NCBI GenBank assembly: GCA_046290225.1
Contig: JBKAGE010000047.1
Location: 27,006-91,005 of the forward strand
Direction: 5' to 3'
Origin: Bradymonadia bacterium
Lineage (GTDB): Bacteria > Myxococcota_A > Bradymonadia > UBA7976 > UBA1532
Length of the DNA: 64,000 nt
The position numbers were made by a program, and so were the translations under genes. The notes under the pieces are model-generated. The model was not told the origin of the DNA, did no database searches, and saw nothing but the letters and a program-made list of their open reading frames with translations. This document shows, in pieces, positions 56,312-64,000 of this stretch; within the stretch, counting starts at the first letter, position 1, and the number at the start of each line of letters is the position of its first letter.

Positions 56312-57520
56312 ATGAAGCGCGCCCTTGCTCGGATCGCCCCTCTCGCCGCTCTGACCATGAGCACCGCCCTCGTCGGCTGTGGCGAAGATGCTCAGACCAA
56401 AGGCGAAGGCGTCGAGCCCACGATCCAGGGCAAGACCGACTTCCAGAGCCGCTTGAACAAGGGCGAGAACATCGCTTTCGGCGGTGACATGGCCAACGAG
56501 TTCAAAGAGGACTTCGAGTTCATCGCCCACGAGTTCTACGCCGCCAAGGGCGACAAGCTCACCCTCGAGGTGACGCAGCGTGGGACCCGCCGAGGCCTCG
56601 ACACCCAGCTCTTCGTCTACGGCCCCAAGAAGGCCAGCGGTGAGTACGGCGATCGCATCGCCAGCGACGATGACGCGGGCTACGGCGCGCTGTCGAAGGT
56701 GAGCCTCGAAGCGGCCGACGCAGGCATCTACATGGTGGTGGTGGGCACCCACGACGGCGCTGGCCGGGGCAACTTCAACCTGAACTTGCGCTGCGACAGC
56801 GGCACCTGCGGCCAGGTGGAGCTCGAGCCAATCTGCCCGGAGCCGGTGAAGGACGTAATCGCCGACTGCGTGCAGGAGTACATCTACGACTCCGACTACG
56901 AGGGCAACCGCAACGAGGGCTTCGAGGGCTGCACCGGTGACTGGTCCAGCGATGTCTTCTACGGCGCCTGCGAGGCCCGCTGGGCGCAGTCAGGTGAGTG
57001 GTGCCTCGCCGGTGAGGCGGCCTTCACCGAGGTGGTGATCCCCGCCTGCCGCGCAGAGCTCGCCGAGCAGTACGCTCCCCCGGTCCCCAACCTCGCGCTG
57101 CGCAATCACTTCATCGACGACGATCTGTACGACTCGGTGTATGGCAGCAACGACGATCACATCTACTACACGATCGACGCCTGGACTTACGACTTCGAGG
57201 GCACCGGCCCCGCGCCCCTGATGCAGGTGGCTCAGTCGGTGGTAGCCACGGCGGTCGACGACGAGCACCTCGACTACACCCTCGACGAGGACATCCGCGT
57301 CGAAGACGAGACCACCATCGTGAGCAAGCTCGTGGACTGGAGCATGTACGCGGGCTTCGGCCCTGACCTCACCGCTGACGCGGGCTCCGAGACGTTCCAG
57401 GTGGCCAGCTACAGCTACGAATACTACGTCGCCGCTGGCGCTGAAGAGTGGGTGACCATCTACGTGTTCAGCTTCGACAACCGCAAGGTGTACGCCGTCA
57501 CTGCTGTGTCGGGCGAATAG
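56312..57520 (+). CDS. Lipoprotein with a PPC-like (pre-peptidase C-terminal) beta-sandwich domain
   Basis: Lipobox LVGC; LDTQLFVYGP...ASDDDAGYG.LSKV....GIYMVVV motif; Cys-rich middle region. Confidence 0.72.
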   Translation: MKRALARIAPLAALTMSTALVGCGEDAQTKGEGVEPTIQGKTDFQSRLNKGENIAFGGDMANEFKEDFEFIAHEFYAAKGDKLTLEVTQRGTRRGLDTQLFVYGPKKASGEYGDRIASDDDAGYGALSKVSLEAADAGIYMVVVGTHDGAGRGNFNLNLRCDSGTCGQVELEPICPEPVKDVIADCVQEYIYDSDYEGNRNEGFEGCTGDWSSDVFYGACEARWAQSGEWCLAGEAAFTEVVIPACRAELAEQYAPPVPNLALRNHFIDDDLYDSVYGSNDDHIYYTIDAWTYDFEGTGPAPLMQVAQSVVATAVDDEHLDYTLDEDIRVEDETTIVSKLVDWSMYAGFGPDLTADAGSETFQVASYSYEYYVAAGAEEWVTIYVFSFDNRKVYAVTAVSGE

Positions 57521-57651
57521 CTTGCTCCGGCGCTCCGCGGGGCACCTGCATGCCTGGGCGATGGCTTTGATGGGTGGGGCCCTTCATTTCTATGGGCATT
57601 GGGCAGGCTGGTGATCGAGAACCCGACTTGGGCGCCTTTGGCCAGCGTCTG

Positions 57652-57686
57652 CTCACTGCGCTCAACTCACTGCGCTCAACTCACTG
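57652..57686. repeat. 14-bp tandem duplication spanning the stop codon of the M14 gene
   Basis: CTCACTGCGCTCAA x2 followed by CTCACTG. Confidence 0.8.
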
Positions 57687-59379
57687 AGCACACCCCACGG
57701 CCGCCGCGACCGCCGGACCAGCGAATCTCCAGCGGGCCGTCGCCCTGTACGATCCACCGTGCCACGGCCCGATGACCTGCGCCAGTCAGCCCCGGCAACG
57801 CGCCATGACCCGCCCCAGCGAGCTGGCTCGACAGCCAACCGTGCAGATGATCGAGGGCCTGAGCCTGATCACCTTCGATGCGGGTCACCCCTTCGCCGCA
57901 AATCAGCTCTGCGGAGACAGGAGGCGTGTTCACGAGGCCTTCGCCGTGGTTCAGCCCCGAGGTGCGCAGCGCCCCGAGGTTCTCGAGACACAGCTCCACT
58001 CTGCGCAGGCCGCCGGGCAGCTCGGAGACCTGCACCTGGGGCACCACCTCGGGGATGGCCTTGCGCATGCGCTCGATGACCGTGAAGGCCTTGGCGCACT
58101 CCGCCGGGAGCTCCGAGACTGGTGGGTTCCTGATGGTGCGCATGTGGTCGAGGCCGCCGATCTCCACGGGGCCGAGCTGCGGGTGGTCGTAAGGCTGCCA
58201 GGGCGCGAAGGTGGGCACCTCGGACTCGACCTGCTGAAACCGGGTGATCATCTGGGAGACCATCTCCGGCACCGGGTCGATGAAGGCCTGAGCGGGCTCC
58301 ACCCGGTACTGATCAGCCTCGACCTCGCAGAACGAGTACGGATCCCACAGCTCGAAGGTGTACGCGGGCACCCCGAAGACCGTGCTCATGGAGTCGGACC
58401 ACACCCCCACCACGTTCACGTCAGGGTCGTAGGCGAACTCGGGGTAAGTGGCGTGCACGCGATACCCCGTGCCCTCTACCATCTGGTTCGCCAGCCGCCG
58501 CATCAGCCTGACGTCGACGCCTTTGAGCGGGCAGTCCTTGCGGTAGGGCTGTGTGAGCAGGCAGCCGGTGAACGTGTGCAGCGTGAGGCCCGCGCCAATG
58601 CGAGGTCGCGCGGCGAAGGCCTGCACCACTGATCGGCTCTCGGCCTCGCTGAGCGGGTGGGGCCCGCCATGCTGACCGAACATGCCGAAGGGGGCCCAGT
58701 GCGCGGGGAAGTTCCGGTTGAGATCGAGGCCGTACAGCAGCGGCGCCAACACCCACTGGTGGCCGTCCCACTGCAAAAAGCTGCCCTCAGGACACACAAA
58801 GCAGGCCTCGCTCGGATCATCGTCGAGGCGCCGCGCCCTGATCCACCCGGGGGCGTGTTCGTCGGCGACAAAGGGCCCCGCAGGGTGCTTCCATCGCATC
58901 CAGCGCACCACACCGTCGCCGTCGAGATCTTCGGGCTCGAGGCCCGCTCTCACCGCCCCCTCGTTCGGCGGCCTCAGCGTCGAGCGCATGAAGGGCGCTC
59001 CCTCGTGCAGGGCCTGATAACCATCGACGGAGATACACGGCATCACATAGGCGGTGTGCGTGCTGAACCACTGCACCGTGGCCGCGTCACCAGCCTGGAG
59101 CTTCTGCGCCCACTGCGTCAGGGCATAGAGCGTGGCCATGACCCCGGTCCACTCCGCAGCGTGAGTACCCGCGTCGAGCCAGAAGCCTGGTCGATCATCC
59201 CGAGGATCGTGCTCGGACTCACCCCGCGCCCCCACAGTGATGAGCAGGATCGGCCGCTGGTGTACGGTGTGATCGAGCACAGTGAGTTCGAACCACTCCG
59301 GAAAAGCCTCTACGAGAGAGACGCACCACTGGTGTAGCTGAGGGAAGTCGAGATAGGCGTCTCCGTTGTACGGACTCAT
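57676..59379 (-). CDS. M14 family zinc carboxypeptidase
   Basis: HAAEW (HxxE), DLNRNFP, LHTFTG, FELW; DLDGDG insert. Confidence 0.92.
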   Translation of the reverse strand: MSPYNGDAYLDFPQLHQWCVSLVEAFPEWFELTVLDHTVHQRPILLITVGARGESEHDPRDDRPGFWLDAGTHAAEWTGVMATLYALTQWAQKLQAGDAATVQWFSTHTAYVMPCISVDGYQALHEGAPFMRSTLRPPNEGAVRAGLEPEDLDGDGVVRWMRWKHPAGPFVADEHAPGWIRARRLDDDPSEACFVCPEGSFLQWDGHQWVLAPLLYGLDLNRNFPAHWAPFGMFGQHGGPHPLSEAESRSVVQAFAARPRIGAGLTLHTFTGCLLTQPYRKDCPLKGVDVRLMRRLANQMVEGTGYRVHATYPEFAYDPDVNVVGVWSDSMSTVFGVPAYTFELWDPYSFCEVEADQYRVEPAQAFIDPVPEMVSQMITRFQQVESEVPTFAPWQPYDHPQLGPVEIGGLDHMRTIRNPPVSELPAECAKAFTVIERMRKAIPEVVPQVQVSELPGGLRRVELCLENLGALRTSGLNHGEGLVNTPPVSAELICGEGVTRIEGDQAQALDHLHGWLSSQLAGAGHGALPGLTGAGHRAVARWIVQGDGPLEIRWSGGRGGRGVCSVS

Positions 59380-59464
59380 GGCGCTCCGAGAGATGAGATC
59401 ACAGATGGGGCGCATCGTAGTCCGGATGACCTCAGTATTGGAGAGTTGTGGTGGAGAAGAAGAG

Positions 59465-60352
59465 ATGCATTACCTGATCGGCCCCGGCGCCGTAGGCGGG
59501 ACTCTGGCTCTGCACCTTCATGGGGCGGGGCAACCCGTCACGCTGTGCGTTCGAACTCCGATGCACACGCTGAGTGGGGAAGGCCCAGACCATCAACTCT
59601 CTGCTCAGCTGCCCACCCTGACACGGCCACCTGCAGAAGTACGCTCACCCACATCGGTGATGCTGGCCGTAAAAGCCTACGACACCGCCAGCGCAGCGCC
59701 CTGGCTCGAAGCGCTCACAGGCCCGGGTACGCCGGTGCTGGTGATGCAAAACGGCATCGAGCACGTCGAGCGCGTGCGGTCATGGGTCCACCCTGAGGCA
59801 ATCGTGATCCCAGTCATGGTGGACTGCCCCGCGAGTCGCTCGGCCCCCGGCATGATTCGCTGGCGCCGTACCCCACGCCTACGTGTCGCAGCGGAGCCTT
59901 TGGGTGCCGAGGTGGTGGCCTGGTTCGACGACACAGGTGTCGATGCAGCCATCAGCGACGACTTCGAGCACGCGCTCTGGGAGAAGCTGGCGGTGAACGC
60001 CATCAGCGGGGCCCTCCCCACGCTCACCCGACAACCTACAGGCGTGTTCCGCAGACCCGAGGTGGCCGCCATGGCCCTCGAGGCCCTGCAAGAGTGTGCC
60101 CTCGTGGCTCGAGCCGAAGGCGTGGTGCTCACCGAAGCATGGATGCAGAAGGTCATCGCGGGCCTGCAAGGCGGGGATCCGCAACGCAGGCCGAGCATGT
60201 TGCAAGACCTCGAAGCGGGGCGGCCACTGGAGCACGACGCTCGGAATGGGGCCGTGGTCAGGCGCGGCACACACCATGGGGTGCCGACACCGATCAACTC
60301 GATGTTGAACAGACTGCTCCGCGCCTGTGACGCTCAGCGCTCAAGCCCTTGA
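59465..60352 (+). CDS. 2-dehydropantoate 2-reductase (ApbA/PanE family)
   Basis: IGPGAVGG, AVKAYD, QNGI, WEKLAVN, SMLQDLEAGRPLE..NGAVV. Confidence 0.9.
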   Translation: MHYLIGPGAVGGTLALHLHGAGQPVTLCVRTPMHTLSGEGPDHQLSAQLPTLTRPPAEVRSPTSVMLAVKAYDTASAAPWLEALTGPGTPVLVMQNGIEHVERVRSWVHPEAIVIPVMVDCPASRSAPGMIRWRRTPRLRVAAEPLGAEVVAWFDDTGVDAAISDDFEHALWEKLAVNAISGALPTLTRQPTGVFRRPEVAAMALEALQECALVARAEGVVLTEAWMQKVIAGLQGGDPQRRPSMLQDLEAGRPLEHDARNGAVVRRGTHHGVPTPINSMLNRLLRACDAQRSSP

Positions 60353-61201
60353 GCGCGATCTCAACTGCTCTGGCGCGCGCTCGGCCAGGAACTTCATCAC
60401 CGCGCGCACTCGACCTGAACGACGCAGGTCCGGGTGAGTAAGCATCCACACCTTCATGGACACCCCCTCCCGGGGCACAGGGCCCACAGGCACCAGCTCC
60501 GGATACCGCTCAGCGACAGGCACCGGCAGCAAGGCCAGCCCCACGCCGTTGCGGGCCAGAGAGAGCATCAACAGCTCAGCGTCGACGAGCGCCGCCACGT
60601 GAAGCGGCTGACTCAGCGCGCGTGCGAGGTTCCAAGTCCCCGAAGCCCCCATATGATCCGCCCACAGCACCCACGGCGGGTTGTCCTGCGCCACCACAGC
60701 GTGTGTGCCGTAGACGGCATACTCCAGCACCCCCAGCACGCGGCCGAACAGATCATCGCTCGGCTGCTCCACGCCGCGGATCGCCAGATCACACTCACGA
60801 CGCCGCAGGCTGCGCGTCTGATTGGAGATGTTCAGCCTCAGCTGGATCTCCGGGTGCGCCTGCTGGAGTTCTGCCAGCGTGGGGGCCAGCAGCTGCCCGG
60901 CCAGTTCGAACAGGGTCAGTTCCACCGGGCCTGAAATCTGGTGAGGTTGCCCGGCGAACAGCCGCTCCGCAGACAGCACTTCTTCTTCCACCCGCTCGGC
61001 GATGGGCAACAGCGCCTCTCCAGCTTCGGTGAGCCCGATCCCGTGGGCCAGCCGCTCGAACAGATCGGTCTTCACCTCACCCGTGAGGATCTCGAGCCGG
61101 CGGTTGATGGTCGATCGACTGACCGCCAGAAGCTCGGCTGCCCCCTTGACAGTGCCCTGCCGAGAAAGCGCCAGAAATACACGTAGATTGTCCCAGTTCA
61201 T
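60341..61201 (-). CDS. LysR-family transcriptional regulator
   Basis: MNWDNLRVF...AAELLAVSRSTINRRL HTH, LTEAG, DLAIR, GVGLALLP. Confidence 0.95.
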   Translation of the reverse strand: MNWDNLRVFLALSRQGTVKGAAELLAVSRSTINRRLEILTGEVKTDLFERLAHGIGLTEAGEALLPIAERVEEEVLSAERLFAGQPHQISGPVELTLFELAGQLLAPTLAELQQAHPEIQLRLNISNQTRSLRRRECDLAIRGVEQPSDDLFGRVLGVLEYAVYGTHAVVAQDNPPWVLWADHMGASGTWNLARALSQPLHVAALVDAELLMLSLARNGVGLALLPVPVAERYPELVPVGPVPREGVSMKVWMLTHPDLRRSGRVRAVMKFLAERAPEQLRSRSRA

Positions 61202-61238
61202 CGCGCTCTCCGCACATCCGATACCGCATCACGCCCCA

Positions 61239-61298
61239 GTGTCGAATATTCGACACCCATCACTCAATAGCGGCCATTGATGTTCTCTTTTCGGACAC
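61239..61298. promoter_or_regulatory. Candidate LysR operator(s) in the divergent promoter
   Basis: Perfect 18-bp palindrome GTGTCGAATATTCGACAC (61239-61256) and a degenerate second site TGTTC...GGACAC (61281-61298). Confidence 0.55.
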
Positions 61299-61356
61299 CA
61301 AACTGAAGACCACTCAACGAGAGCCACTCAACAGAAACCAATCATCAGGAGCAAAG

Positions 61357-62130
61357 ATGCGCCTTCCCAGACTCCTCACCACCCTCGTAGCGCTGAGCAC
61401 CCTCGCGTGCGGCGCCGCCGCAGAAGACAACCCCACTCAAGACCATCACCCCACCAGGAGCTCCGCCATGACACAGACCATCACGTTTCAGCCCGGCAAG
61501 GTCTATGAGGTCACCGGCATCTGGGTCAAACCCGGAAAAGGCCAGGATCTCGCCAACTATTTCAACAAGGTGTTCCCCATCGCCGCCAAGGACTATGGGG
61601 TCAAACCACTCTTCGGCCTGGAGCCGGTCAACGTATACTCCGGTGACTTTCAGCCCCATGTCTTCTTCGTGAACGAGTGGCCTTCTCTCGACCACTTCAA
61701 ACGTTTCGTCGACGATCCCCGGGCGAAGGCGCTGTTTCCAGAGCGCGACGCAGTGACCGAGCGCCTCGTGGTCACGCAATACCAAGTGCCCGAGGCCCGG
61801 GAGGTGACCCTGAAGGACGGCGACGTCATCGAGTTTGCCGCCATGTGGGTGAAGCCAGGCAAGGAGAGCCAGCTCGGGGCCTACTACAAGAAAGCCTTTG
61901 GCATCGCGATGCAGAACGGCATCAAGCCCATGACGCCGCTCAAAGCGGTCTTCAGCTACAGCGGTGACTTCAACCCCACCAACGCCGGGCTGAACCTGTG
62001 GGGCACCCTGGACAACTTCAAGGCTTTCGAGCGCGCAGCGGCCTCGCACTTCCCCCAGCGTGACGACGCCCTGAGCCGCCTGGAGGTCACCCAGGCCAAG
62101 GTCCGCTTCCAGAGTGCCGAGGGGCAATGA
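61357..62130 (+). CDS. Lipoprotein with tandem DUF1330-like dimeric alpha/beta-barrel domains
   Basis: Lipobox LAC; two internal repeats (WVKPGK...Y..K.F.IA...G.KP...YSGDF.P...W..LD.FK.F...FP.RD). Confidence 0.7.
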   Translation: MRLPRLLTTLVALSTLACGAAAEDNPTQDHHPTRSSAMTQTITFQPGKVYEVTGIWVKPGKGQDLANYFNKVFPIAAKDYGVKPLFGLEPVNVYSGDFQPHVFFVNEWPSLDHFKRFVDDPRAKALFPERDAVTERLVVTQYQVPEAREVTLKDGDVIEFAAMWVKPGKESQLGAYYKKAFGIAMQNGIKPMTPLKAVFSYSGDFNPTNAGLNLWGTLDNFKAFERAAASHFPQRDDALSRLEVTQAKVRFQSAEGQ

Positions 62131-62268
62131 CACCAGACTCTGCTGCGCCGCTCGACCCGAGCGACGCTGCGTGATGCTCGATCACCATCGGGAGGTTTCT
62201 TGTCAGAAGGCTGAGGGTCATCGCGAAAGACATCTACGTCGCCCCAATGGAGGGGCTGATCCATCACA

Positions 62269-63735
62269 GTGCGTTGGAGTAGATGTATGTTCTCGACTGC
62301 CTTAAGAGGTCCTCACAAAACGGCTCCCGTCGCCAGTGCCGCGATGCGCTTCGCGAGGCTGTCGAAAGCGTCCTCGACGGGCCTTTGGGCCCGCCTGCGG
62401 GTCTTTCGACAGCCTCACTCGCGCCTCACAACCCTGGCTCGGTCCGCCGTTGTGTTAGGACCTCTAAGTCGTTGGGCCGTAGCCCTCACTTGCCTGACCC
62501 TGCCCACCCTCGCCCACGCGGACAGCGACGAGCGTGTGGTGATCAACTCCCCCACCGTCTTCCCATGGTCTTCCATCGCCAAGGTCAAGATAGGCCCCAG
62601 CGGCGGGGGACGAGGGACAGCCTTCCTCGTGGCGCCCTGTACGCTGCTCACCAACGGCCACGTGGCATGGAACCGCCCCGACAATGACTGTCGTACGCTC
62701 CCAGGGGTCTACCCTGGCAGCTACTACAGCGAGACCCTCGGGCGCACCGTCGACCCCTTTGGCGAGGGCACGGTCTACAGCTGCGCCACCAACACCAAGT
62801 ATCACGACACCGGAAAGTGGAAGTACGACTACGCCGCGATCTTCTTGTGGGACGACTTCGAGGACGCGGGGTTGAACACCTACATGCCCCTGAAGTTCAA
62901 CTACAACCCCAGCTACATCAACCTGTCGGGCTACCCCAGCGAAGATCTGCCCAGCAGCCGCACGGGGGCAACCCGGGAGCAGTGGTTCGGCCACGGTGAC
63001 AAGAAGTCGAAGACCACCCGAAAGCTGAAGTACGAGGCCAGCTCCACCGGCGGCGCCAGCGGCTCCCCGGTCTGGGTGTACTACAGCAGTTCAAACGAGC
63101 GGTACGCCGTGGCCATCAACCAGGGCCACACCAACAGCGACAACGACGGCCGGGGCGTGCGCCTCGTCGACAAGAACAAGAGCCTCATCCGGGGTTGGAT
63201 GGACTTCGAATGCCCAGGCGACATCCAGGGCCACGGGTTCACCGAGCGCCGCCGCATCGACTTCGACGACTTGCTCGTCACCCGCACCGATCTGACCGGG
63301 CAGCCCATCAAGATCTTCGACCCCGGGCACTTCAACCTCGTGCCCGCCCCCCTCGGCGCCCGCTTCCGCCCTGCGACCTCGGAAGTGATGCAATACATCG
63401 AGGGCACGCTGTACCACTGGGAAGAGGTGGCCTTGGAAGACGAAGCAGAAGGCACTGATCTGGAGGGCGAGATCCTCGGACGAGCCACCCCGCCCCGCCG
63501 CTTCTTGCGCATGGTCTCACCGGAGCGTCGGCTCCTCGATCCTGAAGAGGCCGCCGTACTGTTGAGCGCCTCCCAGCTGTGGATGCGCCCTGTGGAGCAA
63601 AACCTCAGCCTCGATGGGGATCAGGCCCTCCCCCGCTTCGTGCCTCAAGCCCCGAGCAGCTTCGGCCCCGATGTGCAAGATCCCGACAGCATCGACGAGG
63701 GGCTCATGGGCGGCAGAGACAACCCACCGCTCTGA
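62269..63735 (+). CDS. Secreted V8/glutamyl-endopeptidase-like serine protease with a C-terminal extension (true start probably further downstream, about 62440-62470)
   Basis: FPWSSI, GTAFLV, LTNGHV, DYAAI, SGYP, GGASGSP; signal peptide ending AHA. Confidence 0.85.
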   Translation: MRWSRCMFSTALRGPHKTAPVASAAMRFARLSKASSTGLWARLRVFRQPHSRLTTLARSAVVLGPLSRWAVALTCLTLPTLAHADSDERVVINSPTVFPWSSIAKVKIGPSGGGRGTAFLVAPCTLLTNGHVAWNRPDNDCRTLPGVYPGSYYSETLGRTVDPFGEGTVYSCATNTKYHDTGKWKYDYAAIFLWDDFEDAGLNTYMPLKFNYNPSYINLSGYPSEDLPSSRTGATREQWFGHGDKKSKTTRKLKYEASSTGGASGSPVWVYYSSSNERYAVAINQGHTNSDNDGRGVRLVDKNKSLIRGWMDFECPGDIQGHGFTERRRIDFDDLLVTRTDLTGQPIKIFDPGHFNLVPAPLGARFRPATSEVMQYIEGTLYHWEEVALEDEAEGTDLEGEILGRATPPRRFLRMVSPERRLLDPEEAAVLLSASQLWMRPVEQNLSLDGDQALPRFVPQAPSSFGPDVQDPDSIDEGLMGGRDNPPL

Positions 63736-63801
63736 TCGCACAGCCCCTCCCCCTCATGCACCTTCGCCCTGAGTCCAAGACTGGCTACGGGTCAGGTTGA
63801 A

Positions 63802-63893
63802 CAGTGGCCAGCCCTACGGGTGTCTTTCCGCTCCCTCCGGCCGGCTACGCCGCCCTCCACTCGCTCCAAGACATGCAGCCTCAGGCTGCACTG
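63802..63893. repeat. REP-like palindromic cluster
   Basis: CCC-TAC-GGG, CGGC-TAC-GCCG, TGTCTT/AAGACA, TGCAGCC-TCA-GGCTGCA; shares CGCTC...CTCGCTCC with 23736-23778. Confidence 0.5.
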
Positions 63894-64000
63894 CCCACAG
63901 CCGAATCAACTCGTGCCCGTGCCCTGTACCAATTGGATTGTCGCTTTGGATCTTGATGCGAGGCATCTGAGAACACCACCCGTACCCAGTACAGCGAATA

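Noticed and set aside
1..64000. tRNA, rRNA, SRP RNA, integrase, transposase or prophage genes
   Set aside because: None recognised by eye in the intergenic regions or ORFs; a covariance-model scan would be needed to exclude small RNAs.

Overview
GC-rich bacterial chromosomal window, most likely Myxococcota/Bradymonadia-like (two proteins end in MYXO-CTERM-like sorting tails; myxobacterial-style Ffh N-terminus; Hanks kinase and PP2C). About 45 credible CDS. Housekeeping genes (5' end of ffh, ssb, pcnB, bcp, tal, fdhD) are mixed with signalling genes (two ECF sigma factors, REC-GGDEF-HD-GYP, response regulator, hybrid kinase, Ser/Thr kinase, PP2C), envelope and secreted proteins (YfhO, flippase, M23, two trypsin-like proteases, two giant Ca-binding repeat proteins) and transporters. 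I saw no rRNA, tRNA, CRISPR array, integrase or transposase. The best candidate for an undescribed system is a translationally coupled DUF262 + HipA-kinase operon with no HipB antitoxin, next to ffh (285-3082), followed by a frameshifted small gene. Other notable items: a leader-peptide attenuator upstream of a MATE pump; two dispersed copies of a structured non-coding element with compensatory base changes, just after the ssb and tal stop codons; an in-frame DNA adenine methyltransferase-peroxiredoxin fusion; a secreted cationic 14-Cys protein; and a secreted TSP3-repeat protein ending in a left-handed beta-helix. All family calls come from motif recognition by eye, not from database searches. 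Start codons were adjusted using RBS, overlap and signal-peptide cues.
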